Of a stretch of DNA of 64,000 nt, positions 1 through 11,430 are shown piece by piece (the first letter of the stretch is position 1; each line of letters begins with the position of its first letter). The translations under genes and the position numbers were made by a program. The stretch covers positions 56,328 to 120,327 of IMG/VR virus record IMGVR_UViG_3300009408_000003. One strand, written 5' to 3'. The notes beneath the pieces were generated by a model, which made no database searches, was not told the DNA's origin, and saw nothing but the letters and a program-made list of their open reading frames with translations. This DNA is from a virus.

Positions 1-3000
1 CAACTGTAACAGAATTTGGATTAATTCCTATTGTTTCTAAACTAATACCAAAAAATGCGCCAGTAAGTGTACCCTCTATTTTAGCATCTATTGATACCTC
101 GTGATTACTATAATTATCTGATATTAAAACTAAATCATCTGATACTGGGATTATTCCATTATAAAATGGAGTTGTACCCGCAAGCGATAAATCCGTTTCC
201 GTATTAAGTGTACCATTATATTGGTCATTATTTGCTATTAGTTCAATATCTTCTTGCGTATTTAATATTCCAGTTTTACCAACCGTTGAAGCTTCTAATT
301 CGCTATAATTATCTACATCTATTGAACTTTCTTTATATAGTTCTTTTGCTATTGGTTTTGTATGTTTATATTTGTTACGTTCTAATAAATGAGGTTCAAT
401 CAATAATCCACTAGCAACTTTAGCTCTAGCAGGTATTAATGATTCTAGTGTTGTAAATAAAGTTTGGTCTATATATCGTACTAATTGAATATATTCATAA
501 ATATTTAAATTAAAACGAGTAAAATAATATTTTCTTAATGAATCTAGTTCAGAATAATTATTTTTATAAATATCAGCTGGATTACCAATATAATTATCAA
601 TATTAAATTGTCCTAATGAACGTAATATATTCATATTGATTTCGCGAGTTGGCGAAAAGAATAACCCTAGTTTGTTAGAATCATCAGCGTTATCAAAACT
701 TGTTACATTCGAAGTTGAACCGAAATTTAAATAATTTTCTAATGTTTGCGATTCAAATCTTACTTTATTACTATATCCTATACCAGTTGCAGGAACATTA
801 GCAGTTACAGTTCTTTCATATGATACGTATTGGTATGGATATGAAGTTATTGATGGAAATCCAACTGCAGTAGCAACCGGTTCACCATAAAAGGTATTAA
901 TAGCCACATTTTTAATATTTGGGTCAGCATTTCTATCTTTTGGATATTCAAAATCTAATCTAAATATTAAATCTTCTGTTGATGAAGAAACGTGGTTTCC
1001 ATCTATCGCATCTGGCAATAATGTATGGTTTGTAATTCTTGATTCATCTAATGCTATTGACCATAGTCTAAATTCATCAATTGAACCAGATAATGTTGTA
1101 CCAATTGAAATATTAGTGTCCCATCCCCAACTTTGACTTCCGGTTGGAACAATAAGTGAGCCAGTTCCCTCATTTCTAATACGTTCATTAAATCCTTCTT
1201 TTCCATAAATATCAAATACATAATCGCTACCACTCAATGTACGGTTAACTACAATTTGTGTGTATTCATCATTAAATACTGGAAAATATGTAGTTGATCC
1301 ACTTACGATGTTACCACCACTTCCTGATAAACTTAATTCTACGGATGCTAATGAGCCTGTTCCTGCTAATAATTTTAATGACCAAGCATCACTTGAAACT
1401 AAAGTTTGATCATATCGATATTCGGTATTAATTCGCATTTCTACTGAATTTGGATACTTGTAATCATCTGGAGTTATAATAGAACTTGACTCATATTTTT
1501 TCCACGGAACAATAACTGATGCTGTTTGATCAAAATTAAGAGCTGATGTTCTATCATCAAATGTAAATTTAGTTACACCAGATTGTGTAGGATCTACTGG
1601 CCCACCAAATTCTAATATAGATAGCATTGAAGTTGGAATTCCATAACAGGCCATTGCAGCATGCAAAGCTCGTTTTGTACCTTTATGTTTGTATAAATAT
1701 GGTAAATTGTTTAATAAACGTCTCCAAATTTCTTGCTGACGTTCCTTTCCAGTCATAGCCGAAGCGTTTGTACCATCTTTATTTTTACCGAATGCATATT
1801 CCCAAAGATACTGAGAACGAACCCCCATATCTGCATCCCAACCAAGCGATTCTAACATATGATAAATTAAATCATTGGTAATTCCTTCGGTATTTGAATG
1901 GGTGAGTGTTTTAGATGTAGCAACACCTTTTATATAACTTGAAAGTACGTCAAAGTGTTGTCCTATCATGTGAAAAAACAGAACAAAATCTTGACCGTTT
2001 GGATCATTTAAAATATGTTGTGGTATATTATTTACTAATAAGTTTTTATTATTAGTATCATACAAATCTGCAGAAGATATTATATTATTGTACCATGTTT
2101 GAGTATCTAAATCGGTAGAACCACTTAAAGTGTTTTGTTCAGCACCAGGATATGATAGTGAACCACTTTTAGTATATAATAATTTTTCGAAAGCGTCAAA
2201 ACCTTTTTTAACATTACTAATTTGTTCTTCAACTCTTGCTATTTGGTTAAGTATCGAAATAGAACCACTTGCAAGTGAAGTATCTGTTAATGAATTTAAT
2301 GCAGTTTCATGAAATTCTATTAATTTTACTTTATAAAAGAAATTCTCAGCTCGTTCTGTAGCTGATGAATACTTTACAAAATTATCCCAGCGATATTCAC
2401 TACCACTTATATAATTAATATTTAATTTAGCTAAACTAAATTCGTTGTTACCAACATATTCATTTAATAATTCAGTTGATGTTACTGAACCACTAGCTAC
2501 TAAATCATCAAGTATTTGATATCCAATATCATCACCCATTTCTAAATTAAAATTTGGTGTTAACGAAATACAATCAGTTATTTCTTCATTAATTAATGAT
2601 AATTGATCAATAATAGAAAGAGATTGAATCTTAGATATCCATAACTGCTGATTTGGTTGTATTTTATTTGATAATGGTTCATATAATTTTAAAACTAATG
2701 ATTTTACTTCATTTGTTTTTCGTATTTTGCTAGTTTCTTTGTTTTCTGTATATGTGGAGAATGTTTCAGTATCAATTGCCCATGCTGCAATCAATTTGTT
2801 ATTTCCATCTCCTAAATGAGCATAATGAGTTAAATATTGTGAAGTTTCATTTTTAAATATATTTGTATTAAGTTCAGATTCAAATGCAGATTTAATATCT
2901 TGAATTACTTGAGCACGTTTTAAACGTAAATTACCTTTATCAAATAAAATAGTAATTTTTTCTTCTTTTCCACTTGTTAATTTATCACCTTCTGCATTAA

Positions 3001-4456
3001 ATGGAATTAAAATTAAATCAAATGATATTTTATCTGTATTTTTATTTACAGTTTTTTTAGATATTTTTAATATATTTTCTATCGATAACGTAATTGCGCC
3101 AGTTTCGCTTCCTTTTGTTATAAAAAACTCTTTATCATGTTTTGTTACATAAATTTCTATGTAATTTGTATTAATTGATTGCCAACTAATTTTAAAATGC
3201 TCTTTAAACCCTTTAAAATCTGCACCTTTAATATTGTATGGATAATTTATTTTAGTAATATCAGGCCCGTCTAAATATGTTTTATTTACTACATTAATAT
3301 GTACTCGTTTAAGTGGGCCACTACCAAATGCAGTAGATACTGGTTGTAAATATAATGTATATTGGCCTATACCGTTTCTGAAATCAGCTGATTTTAATCG
3401 TATTATTCCATTTGGGTCTAATGTACGTGTGGTTGTTCCAAGTGTATATAATACTAATTGTGAATTATGCGAGTTGTAGACAACATTTAATGGATTTGCT
3501 GAAGATATGTTGTATTCTAAATTATCATTTTCTACCTCAACGTCTGGTGTATTTATACTATCGGTTGCAGCTATTTTATTAGCTATTACAATAATTCGAG
3601 TTAAGCCAGGTAATAATTCTTTTCTAAAATCATTTGATAATTGAGTTGGATTAGCATCGTTTGGATTATAAATTTTATAATTAACCGAATGTGTAAAGTT
3701 TGAAATACCAGATTTTTCAAATTGAATCCATGCTATATCTGCATTATTATAATTATTAACGGTTATTGTAGTTGGAATATCATCTTCTACAAATGCAGTA
3801 CTTCCATCAGAAGTTATATATTTAATAATGTTATTTTCACTTACATCACCAACTATTTCAACTTTGTATTCTGTTTTGGTACTAGTTGCATTATCAGGCG
3901 GTCTAATTACATTATTAGTTATATCGAATTTTAAATTAAGGTTAGTAACTGATGAGTTTGATAAATCAACTTCTAATGGTTTCCATTCATTATTAACTAA
4001 TTTTGCTAATTCAATTATATAAATTTTAAATCCTGCAGAATTAATTTTGGTTTTTGAAGTAACTTTATATTGTACATTATCAGTATTATCGCTTTGGCCT
4101 GCTTTAAATATTTTTGTTTCTAATAATTCTTTAGCATTAAAGGTTAGTGTCCATGGACAATGAAATTGTGTTACTTTATCATCTATTATAATTCCAGTAT
4201 TAGTTGGTATTGATGTTAGATGTATATAAACTGTGTTTTCAATTATAACATTCGTACTAGTATCAACTGGTATTGGTTTGAATTTACAAGAACCATCATC
4301 AATTGTAGCTAATGAATTATAATTTATTGCTTTTGAATTAGTGCATCCTCGTACTAAATTAATCGTATTGTCGCCACTATCGGTATTACTACCGCCACCG
4401 CCACCGCCACCATTATTTAAATAAAAATCTGCATTTATGAATTTATCAACTGACAT
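1..4456 (-). CDS. Large baseplate wedge/virion structural protein (>1484 aa, 3' end beyond the left edge)
   Basis: ATG at 4456; same frame open at every spot checked (4382, 1682, 2). Reads MSVDKF..GGGGGG..GCTNSKAINYNSLATIDDGSC, later IWRRLLNNLPYLYKHKGTKRALHAAMACYGIP. Absent from the ORF track (no stop in window). Confidence 0.85.
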   Translation of the reverse strand, partial: MSVDKFINADFYLNNGGGGGGGSNTDSGDNTINLVRGCTNSKAINYNSLATIDDGSCKFKPIPVDTSTNVIIENTVYIHLTSIPTNTGIIIDDKVTQFHCPWTLTFNAKELLETKIFKAGQSDNTDNVQYKVTSKTKINSAGFKIYIIELAKLVNNEWKPLEVDLSNSSVTNLNLKFDITNNVIRPPDNATSTKTEYKVEIVGDVSENNIIKYITSDGSTAFVEDDIPTTITVNNYNNADIAWIQFEKSGISNFTHSVNYKIYNPNDANPTQLSNDFRKELLPGLTRIIVIANKIAATDSINTPDVEVENDNLEYNISSANPLNVVYNSHNSQLVLYTLGTTTRTLDPNGIIRLKSADFRNGIGQYTLYLQPVSTAFGSGPLKRVHINVVNKTYLDGPDITKINYPYNIKGADFKGFKEHFKISWQSINTNYIEIYVTKHDKEFFITKGSETGAITLSIENILKISKKTVNKNTDKISFDLILIPFNAEGDKLTSGKEEKITILFDKGNLRLKRAQVIQDIKSAFESELNTNIFKNETSQYLTHYAHLGDGNNKLIAAWAIDTETFSTYTENKETSKIRKTNEVKSLVLKLYEPLSNKIQPNQQLWISKIQSLSIIDQLSLINEEITDCISLTPNFNLEMGDDIGYQILDDLVASGSVTSTELLNEYVGNNEFSLAKLNINYISGSEYRWDNFVKYSSATERAENFFYKVKLIEFHETALNSLTDTSLASGSISILNQIARVEEQISNVKKGFDAFEKLLYTKSGSLSYPGAEQNTLSGSTDLDTQTWYNNIISSADLYDTNNKNLLVNNIPQHILNDPNGQDFVLFFHMIGQHFDVLSSYIKGVATSKTLTHSNTEGITNDLIYHMLESLGWDADMGVRSQYLWEYAFGKNKDGTNASAMTGKERQQEIWRRLLNNLPYLYKHKGTKRALHAAMACYGIPTSMLSILEFGGPVDPTQSGVTKFTFDDRTSALNFDQTASVIVPWKKYESSSIITPDDYKYPNSVEMRINTEYRYDQTLVSSDAWSLKLLAGTGSLASVELSLSGSGGNIVSGSTTYFPVFNDEYTQIVVNRTLSGSDYVFDIYGKEGFNERIRNEGTGSLIVPTGSQSWGWDTNISIGTTLSGSIDEFRLWSIALDESRITNHTLLPDAIDGNHVSSSTEDLIFRLDFEYPKDRNADPNIKNVAINTFYGEPVATAVGFPSITSYPYQYVSYERTVTANVPATGIGYSNKVRFESQTLENYLNFGSTSNVTSFDNADDSNKLGLFFSPTREINMNILRSLGQFNIDNYIGNPADIYKNNYSELDSLRKYYFTRFNLNIYEYIQLVRYIDQTLFTTLESLIPARAKVASGLLIEPHLLERNKYKHTKPIAKELYKESSIDVDNYSELEASTVGKTGILNTQEDIELIANNDQYNGTLNTETDLSLAGTTPFYNGIIPVSDDLVLISDNYSNHEVSIDAKIEGTLTGAFFGISLETIGINPNSVTV

Positions 4457-4497
4457 AAATTATTCTAACTGTTTTTCTTACTATAAATATTAGTATT

Positions 4498-6096
4498 TTA
4501 AATATTAAGATTATTACCAGAAATAGTTACAATAGGACTACTTCCACCATGTAATAATTCACCTTCCGAATATGTAGTGACAGTTGGGTCAATAAGAGGA
4601 ACTGGATTATAAATACATTTACCAGCTTTACCGTAATTTAATGCGTTACGGTCACTGCATATAGGAAGATCCACTTGAATTTTTGCGTATTCTCTAACAT
4701 CGCCAGTAATTTTAAAATATTTTGATGGATTATATGATATTGTTGTTGACTGATATTCGTTACCATGCCAATTATGTAATCCAGTTTTATTCGTATATTG
4801 AATTACACCAGTGGTCGACCATACATAAAATGTTTTAAATGTGCTAGTTTTATTTTGAGAATTATCTGAAATTACGCAGCTTCCGTCATCAATTGTGGCT
4901 AATGGGTTATAATTAGTAGCTGCAGGATTTGTGCAACCACGTACATCTGTATTTGTAATTACTTCTATATCTGAACCGTTATCCTCATTTAGATAAGTAC
5001 AACTTCCGTCATCCTTAATAGCTAATGCATTGTAGTTTAATGCGTGAGGATCAGTACAACCACTAATAACAGCAGCAACACTTTCGGGTATTGTTGTTTC
5101 ATAATTAGAATCTTCAGTAGTAGTTTTTAAAATTTTACTTATAGGATCAAATGTTATTTGATCCTCTTTAGATAATACGCTATCCTTAATGATTGTTCGT
5201 TGATATAAATAAAAATCAATAATAGTTTGTAATGTAGTTACCGCAGTTGTTTTAATAGTATCTATTGATAACTCGACTGATGGTTCAGTTGATATTGAAT
5301 TACCATATATTAAAGAATTAATATCATATACTTTATTTTCCACAAAATAGTTCATTGCTTCGACATATTTTGTTTTTATTTGTTCTAAAAATGCATCAAA
5401 ATTGGGTATTTTAAATTCATCTTTTAATAACTTAATATATTCTTTACCTTCAACTGTAATCCCTTTTATTTTTAAGAAGTTTTCAACAACTCGATGAATA
5501 TCAACATTATCAATAAATTGTTTGACAAACGATATTGTATCATCTCTAAATTCTCCATTATCTGTATATACTTTGTATCGTTCTGCTAAATCTGTTAATA
5601 CTTCATCATCACCATTTTTAACTGGTAATACTCTAATTTCTGTACGTGATGGTGATATTTCATGTATCCATAATTTATCAAATTTACGGTTTTCTGAGCC
5701 AACTCGTCTATTTAATAGAGTTATTTGTGTTTTGAAAATACCATTAGTATAACCGGCTTCATTTATCAATTTTTCAGTATCTACCATATACTGACGAGCT
5801 TCGTTTGTTTTAGTAGTATCTGGATTATTATTAATTAAAAAATACTTAGAAATATTAGCATCATCTAAATAAATATAGCGAACTAGCATATTAGTATCGC
5901 CTTGTGGTAGTTGATTATTATTAGAATCATATAGAATAAATTCAATAACATCAGTTTTTCCATGACGAAACCATTGTGTACCATCTAGCCCAAATAAAGA
6001 TTTACTAAAATCTCTTTCGAAAATTTTTCTATCTTTAGAAGTTATAGCGAATCCTTTATTTCCTATTATATCTTTAAATTGATTTATATTGCTCAT
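4498..6096 (-). CDS. Virion structural protein with GCTD..NYN..A..DDGSC cysteine repeats
   Basis: 532 aa; 2 full and 1 partial repeat; within baseplate module. Confidence 0.7.
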   Translation of the reverse strand: MSNINQFKDIIGNKGFAITSKDRKIFERDFSKSLFGLDGTQWFRHGKTDVIEFILYDSNNNQLPQGDTNMLVRYIYLDDANISKYFLINNNPDTTKTNEARQYMVDTEKLINEAGYTNGIFKTQITLLNRRVGSENRKFDKLWIHEISPSRTEIRVLPVKNGDDEVLTDLAERYKVYTDNGEFRDDTISFVKQFIDNVDIHRVVENFLKIKGITVEGKEYIKLLKDEFKIPNFDAFLEQIKTKYVEAMNYFVENKVYDINSLIYGNSISTEPSVELSIDTIKTTAVTTLQTIIDFYLYQRTIIKDSVLSKEDQITFDPISKILKTTTEDSNYETTIPESVAAVISGCTDPHALNYNALAIKDDGSCTYLNEDNGSDIEVITNTDVRGCTNPAATNYNPLATIDDGSCVISDNSQNKTSTFKTFYVWSTTGVIQYTNKTGLHNWHGNEYQSTTISYNPSKYFKITGDVREYAKIQVDLPICSDRNALNYGKAGKCIYNPVPLIDPTVTTYSEGELLHGGSSPIVTISGNNLNI

Positions 6097-6102
6097 AATT
6101 TA

Positions 6103-7377
6103 TTAATTTCCACTACCGCCTTTACGTAATTTTCGCCACATTCTAGCTTTTATTGCGAATGTATCGCCTAACGAGGTTGTTACTGATATTGTATCATCAA
6201 AATTTTTACCCCTACCTTTTGGACTATTTATATTACGGATTTTAGTAAAATTAGCAGTTACTTTTCCTGCCACTTTTCCAACTCTAGGGTCTATACTCAA
6301 TGAAGTTGGGCCACCTATCCATGGTGAATTATGTCCGCCCGTATCTACTGCATAACTAAATGTAATTGTTATGCTTTGGTCTGATTTTAAATTATAAAAA
6401 TCAATTACATTACCATTAGGCCATATGTGGAATGTTCTCCAACTTTCAAATTTTAAAACATTACCATTTAATAATTCTTTAGGTTTTGTAATATTTGATT
6501 CTGGTATTTTCCAACCAACATTTGTAGTTTGACGGAACGAACCAGGTGGGCCCGTTAATATTAAAGCAGCAGCAGCCGCTTCATCTTTAGATTGTATTGT
6601 TTGTAATAATTCAGTTTGTGTTAACTGTAAATTTTTCACTACTGTTTCTAAATCTTTTAATTGTTGTTGCAACACTTCTTTTTGAGCTTGTAATCCTCTT
6701 ACTTGTGCTTCTAGCGAAACTCGTTCAATTGCTTCTTCTATTCCTTTTGTTAATGCAGTTTGAAAATCTGATAATAACGATGAATATCTATCATTAGATG
6801 CTTGTGTTTCATTATTCGCAACTGATGTTAAAATTTTTTCGGAATCTACTGTTTGGTTTAATGTTTCAATTTGACTTTTTAATTGATCTATTAAACTCAA
6901 TGTCTTATTCAGAGCTTCAGTTTGCTTTGCTAATTCATCAATTTTTATACCAAGTTCTTTAACTTTTGCATCATATTTTGATTTAGCAATAGTTTCTAAT
7001 TTTTCTGTTGGTGGAGTTTTAATAAGTTCATCTACTATTACATCAACCGCTTTTGTTAATTCATCCTCAATATAAATTGGTTTTTCAATATTACCAACTG
7101 TGCCGCCTTTTGTCGTATTAAGTGTGAATCCATTTTTATTTACTTTACTTTTGGAAATACCAATTTTTTCATTTTTAGTAGAATCACCTGCATATAAAGT
7201 AGATACATTTTCAGTTATACTAGTAGTTACTTGAATATTATTTAAATCAGTCCAACCTAAATAATCTCGTATCATTTCTTTATACGTTTCAGTATATTGA
7301 TCTGACGCTAGAATTATAGCAACACCCTGCTGCATTATTTCTGAATTTTCATATTTAGTTTTAAAATCTATATTCAT
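6103..7377 (-). CDS. Coiled-coil virion structural protein
   Basis: 424 aa, long heptad-rich centre; module context. Confidence 0.6.
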   Translation of the reverse strand: MNIDFKTKYENSEIMQQGVAIILASDQYTETYKEMIRDYLGWTDLNNIQVTTSITENVSTLYAGDSTKNEKIGISKSKVNKNGFTLNTTKGGTVGNIEKPIYIEDELTKAVDVIVDELIKTPPTEKLETIAKSKYDAKVKELGIKIDELAKQTEALNKTLSLIDQLKSQIETLNQTVDSEKILTSVANNETQASNDRYSSLLSDFQTALTKGIEEAIERVSLEAQVRGLQAQKEVLQQQLKDLETVVKNLQLTQTELLQTIQSKDEAAAAALILTGPPGSFRQTTNVGWKIPESNITKPKELLNGNVLKFESWRTFHIWPNGNVIDFYNLKSDQSITITFSYAVDTGGHNSPWIGGPTSLSIDPRVGKVAGKVTANFTKIRNINSPKGRGKNFDDTISVTTSLGDTFAIKARMWRKLRKGGSGN

Positions 7378-8435
7378 TATGTTTCGACAGTAAATGTTAA
7401 ATTATCATCTGTAAAATATTCAATGATTCCGTTACGTTCTGTTTTTATTTCTATATAATAACTTCTATTAGTATTCCAACTTTTTAAATTTAAATTAAAA
7501 TAATTACCATTTTCATCACAGCTTACTTTACTATATTCTCCAAATGGTATTACAATTTCATTTGTAATTGCATCTCTAATTTGATAATAAGTAGTAATTG
7601 GTAAAAATTTTATATCATTATATGAATATAAATTTGTATAAGTTTTTAATGGATATTTTTCTCTACCGAAAACTCGTATTATAGGCGTACTATTAACTTT
7701 ATATACTTTTTTTAATCGTCTAAATGTTACTTTAATAATATCTGCAGTTAATTCTGTTAATGAACCGGTTATAAATGAACTATCATCCCAACCAACTCTT
7801 ATTTTTGGTTGATATATTGTATTTGTATCTTTACTAAAATATTTTAATGTACCGTAATCATTATTATCTGCTTCTTTAGTATCACTAAGTTTTAATATCC
7901 AACCTTCATTTGGTATTGAACCGGATAACCAAGCATTTATTGGGACTATTACATCTAATGCTAAATCAACTGATTCATATTCAAATGATTGACTAGCTGA
8001 ATAAGTGGTATACCATGTACCACCACTCCCAATAATCGAACCAGTTGTATTAAGAGCATAACTTCCACTTAACCAGTTTACGTTAGTTTTTCGAGAATCC
8101 CAAGTTGAATTTTCAGTACTAATTTCATCAAACTTTGTACCGGTACCCATATCCCAAGACTGTGAAATTGGATGTGCAAAAATAGTGTAAGTTGTTGGAA
8201 CTTCGCTACTTTCATCTTCTGTAATAATTAATTCAGCTGATGTTAGAATGACACCTTCATTAGTAATTGAACTTGATATTTGATTTGTATCAAATTTAAT
8301 TAATGAATGCGCTATTTCTTCAAGTCCACCAACATATGTTTTGGAAATTTCCAATATTTCATCACGACCGGTATTTTGATTTGGTTGTAATGAATATAGT
8401 GTTGTGTCTTTACTTGCGGTATAAAATCTATACAT
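7377..8435 (-). CDS. Virion structural protein, DNRLRE/CBM96-like beta domain
   Basis: 352 aa; SKDTTLYS..NTGRDEILEI..SLIKFD..SAELII and Trp-spaced motif. Confidence 0.55.
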   Translation of the reverse strand: MYRFYTASKDTTLYSLQPNQNTGRDEILEISKTYVGGLEEIAHSLIKFDTNQISSSITNEGVILTSAELIITEDESSEVPTTYTIFAHPISQSWDMGTGTKFDEISTENSTWDSRKTNVNWLSGSYALNTTGSIIGSGGTWYTTYSASQSFEYESVDLALDVIVPINAWLSGSIPNEGWILKLSDTKEADNNDYGTLKYFSKDTNTIYQPKIRVGWDDSSFITGSLTELTADIIKVTFRRLKKVYKVNSTPIIRVFGREKYPLKTYTNLYSYNDIKFLPITTYYQIRDAITNEIVIPFGEYSKVSCDENGNYFNLNLKSWNTNRSYYIEIKTERNGIIEYFTDDNLTFTVET

Positions 8436-10300
8436 TATAATACCTTTCCTTTAATATCTGTGTTAGGGTATTTCAATTCAAATATGCTGGGGTCTAAACT
8501 TGGAAATACCATTTTTCCTTTAGTTGCATCTTCTATATTATATGAAATTCTTGAATATAATCCTAAACATTTATTATTTATATCACACTTAGGAACACTT
8601 TGAACCCCCTCAACTCCTGCTACAATTAGTTCTAATTCGCTAATATTTATTGGCATATTAAATGACCATTTATCTATATCAAAATAATTTGTGATTGCAT
8701 CGATACATTTTACTAATACTTCACGTTTATTATATCCACCGTACACTCGTATTTCAAAATCAACTCCTATATTAATTATAAATCCATCTATAAGATTAAC
8801 GCCATCTGTAAGCATTCTAAATTCATTTAGATAGGTTTTAACGTTTTCCTTTACTGCTTGATTTAAAGTTGATAATTTTTTATCTGAATCATATCCTAAT
8901 ATATACGCATTAATTGCAAATGAACGGTTATCAACTTTACCATACGGTGCCACAAAAGCTTTTGCAACTCCACCATATTTTGGTGGCAATGATAAAATTC
9001 TAACTTGATAATCCTTTTGAGTTACCGCTCTATTTTGTGAACCGAAATTTGCAAGTGCATTTTCTCTAATTTCATCAATAGTTTCTTCGCCTCTACCACC
9101 TGTTGCAGGTTCTTCATTTTCAACTGCTACTGAAGCTTTCATTTGATTATATAACCCTAATTGAGCAGGTGTAAACGCAATTGAATCTTCATCAAATTCT
9201 ATACTTTGTACTCTCGTTAAATCGCCTTTAGCTACATTAGATTCAACTCCGCCACCTATAACATATGAAACTGTAAGAGTTGTGTTTGATGGCGCTTGAC
9301 CATAAGTTCTAGTTTTTAAAAAATTCGCAGGATCAAATGATTCGCCTAATCTATCGATTGAAGAAGCTAATCCTAATCCAACATTTTTAAAATTCGGTAT
9401 CAATGTTTCATCAGCAGATGTTGAATTACCACCACCAAAAACTAATGAAGTTGTATTATCTGGATTTATCCTTGTTGTAAATCTTCGAGATGTTTTAATT
9501 AATTTTAATATATTAGGTACAGTATCTTTATATTTAGCTAAATTATCATCAGTTTGTTCTGTGGTTGGATAATCTACATATATCATTTCTTGAGCTAAAT
9601 AAGGTACTTCATACCATTTATTACCGTTTGAATCTCTGACATCATAAATTTGAATAACATTAGTATCACTCAAACTTATTTCAGAATATTGTTTTGGAGC
9701 AGTAAATGTTTGGTCTATGAATTTAAGTGTACCAGAAATTGCTTTTATTTTTTTCTTAACTAAATAAAATACTGGTTCATTTGTTATACCATCTTTTTCA
9801 TGTACTGAAATTTCTCTGGCATCTTCAACCGCAAAATCTAATAATTCAGTTGTTCTAAATAATGCATTTGTAGTTGTTGATTCAACTAGCATTCCTTCTT
9901 TAATTCGTAAATAATAACGTGAATCTGGAGTATTATTTACTCCACTTCCTACAGCCGGTACTAACTGATATACAGATATTTCTACTAATGCAGGTGTTGT
10001 TACCTTTGTCTTATATCCAAGATATGTAGCTAATCCAAGCACATTACTTTTATCTTCCGCATATAACATAAATGACTCTTTTAATGAATCATCAATATAA
10101 TATGAAAGAACATCACCAATATAGGATGCCATTTCAATAAACATCATACCTGGTGATGCCTCGTTAAAATCAGAATATGTTTTTGGAAAATATACCTTTG
10201 CATATTCAATTAAATTATTACGAAAACTTGTAAAATCTTTATTAAGATAATTTATATCTCTGTTTTGATTACGTTTTTTAGTTATACTATTTAATGCCAT
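8435..10300 (-). CDS. Baseplate wedge subunit (T4 gp6 / baseplate J-like)
   Basis: 621 aa; YLNKDFTSFR..YSDFNEASPGMMFIEMASYIGDVLSYY and QNRAVTQKDY motifs. Confidence 0.9.
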   Translation of the reverse strand: MALNSITKKRNQNRDINYLNKDFTSFRNNLIEYAKVYFPKTYSDFNEASPGMMFIEMASYIGDVLSYYIDDSLKESFMLYAEDKSNVLGLATYLGYKTKVTTPALVEISVYQLVPAVGSGVNNTPDSRYYLRIKEGMLVESTTTNALFRTTELLDFAVEDAREISVHEKDGITNEPVFYLVKKKIKAISGTLKFIDQTFTAPKQYSEISLSDTNVIQIYDVRDSNGNKWYEVPYLAQEMIYVDYPTTEQTDDNLAKYKDTVPNILKLIKTSRRFTTRINPDNTTSLVFGGGNSTSADETLIPNFKNVGLGLASSIDRLGESFDPANFLKTRTYGQAPSNTTLTVSYVIGGGVESNVAKGDLTRVQSIEFDEDSIAFTPAQLGLYNQMKASVAVENEEPATGGRGEETIDEIRENALANFGSQNRAVTQKDYQVRILSLPPKYGGVAKAFVAPYGKVDNRSFAINAYILGYDSDKKLSTLNQAVKENVKTYLNEFRMLTDGVNLIDGFIINIGVDFEIRVYGGYNKREVLVKCIDAITNYFDIDKWSFNMPINISELELIVAGVEGVQSVPKCDINNKCLGLYSRISYNIEDATKGKMVFPSLDPSIFELKYPNTDIKGKVL

Positions 10301-10302
10301 TT

Positions 10303-10734
10303 TTATCCTTGTATTGCGAATGTTATTTCTTGCGTACTTAGCTCACTACCTACTGTAAATTTTAGATTCATGTTAGCTATATGTTTATCTTTCATTTCAT
10401 CAGTCATTTGTACATCAATTTCTTTAATATTAATATAAGGTAGCCAAAAGCCAACATTTTTTATTATTGCATCCTCCAATTCAGTTTCAAATTCACTTGT
10501 CATTTGTTCGAACAATAATTCTCTTAATCCTATACCGAATTCAGGTTGCATGATTCGTTCACCCTTATTAGTTAATAATAGATTTAATAAATTGGCTTTA
10601 GCTTGATCGAACGAAGTAAATGCTTGTTCAAAATAGCCAGTTGGGCCGTTTCTAACTGGCAAAATGATACCATACGCATAATCGTTAAATTTTACTGTAT
10701 CTTTTACTACCTTTTTACCAATTATATATGCCAT
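10303..10734 (-). CDS. Baseplate wedge subunit, gp25/GPW-like
   Basis: 143 aa; NLLNLLLTNKGERIMQPEFGIGLRELLFE. Confidence 0.9.
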   Translation of the reverse strand: MAYIIGKKVVKDTVKFNDYAYGIILPVRNGPTGYFEQAFTSFDQAKANLLNLLLTNKGERIMQPEFGIGLRELLFEQMTSEFETELEDAIIKNVGFWLPYINIKEIDVQMTDEMKDKHIANMNLKFTVGSELSTQEITFAIQG

Positions 10735-10740
10735 TATTTT

Positions 10741-11331
10741 TTATTTTCTAGTTTTAAACTTGCTAACAAGTTCTGAATTATCTCTATTTAATATTCTATC
10801 CAATCCAGCCAATCCAGTTTTTACCCCTAATCCTTGCTTAGAAACTTTGTTCGGTGTTGAATATCCACCGTATCCCATTTTAGCGGCCATTTGTGCTTTT
10901 ATTCCATCTGCACCCGCAGCACCGATATTACTATCAAATGAAACTGTTTTATTCATATCTTTGAAACTTTCATCTAATTGTGCAGTTTGGTTATACTCTG
11001 CCGGTATTCCTCTTGAACTGAATGGTTTTGTATTATTTAAAATTTCATTCAACATTGGATTTTTACTTAATCTTTTTAATGATGCAGATTCTGCAGGTTT
11101 AGTTTTAGAATGACTTTTATCTAATATAGAATTAGCAAGAGTAAATGGATCAATATCATCAGATAATTCTGTATTTGAACTAACCTCATTTTCATAAATA
11201 GGTTTCTTTCTACTAATTTTATATTCCTTTAATTCTTTGCAAACTCCCTCTTTAACTAATTTAGGTAAGCGTCGCGCCAGTTCTCGTTCAACTATTAAAC
11301 GAATAACTGTTACTAATTTTTTTGAATTCAT
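10741..11331 (-). CDS. Hypothetical phage protein
   Basis: 196-aa ORF, tight packing. Confidence 0.7.
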   Translation of the reverse strand: MNSKKLVTVIRLIVERELARRLPKLVKEGVCKELKEYKISRKKPIYENEVSSNTELSDDIDPFTLANSILDKSHSKTKPAESASLKRLSKNPMLNEILNNTKPFSSRGIPAEYNQTAQLDESFKDMNKTVSFDSNIGAAGADGIKAQMAAKMGYGGYSTPNKVSKQGLGVKTGLAGLDRILNRDNSELVSKFKTRK

Positions 11332-11430
11332 ATTGTTAAGTTGTTATTCTTATTATAAATATGTGGTTTATTATTTTTGATATTTTATTTAAACTAAACA
11401 AAAACGATTTGATATATAAGTTTAATTGTG

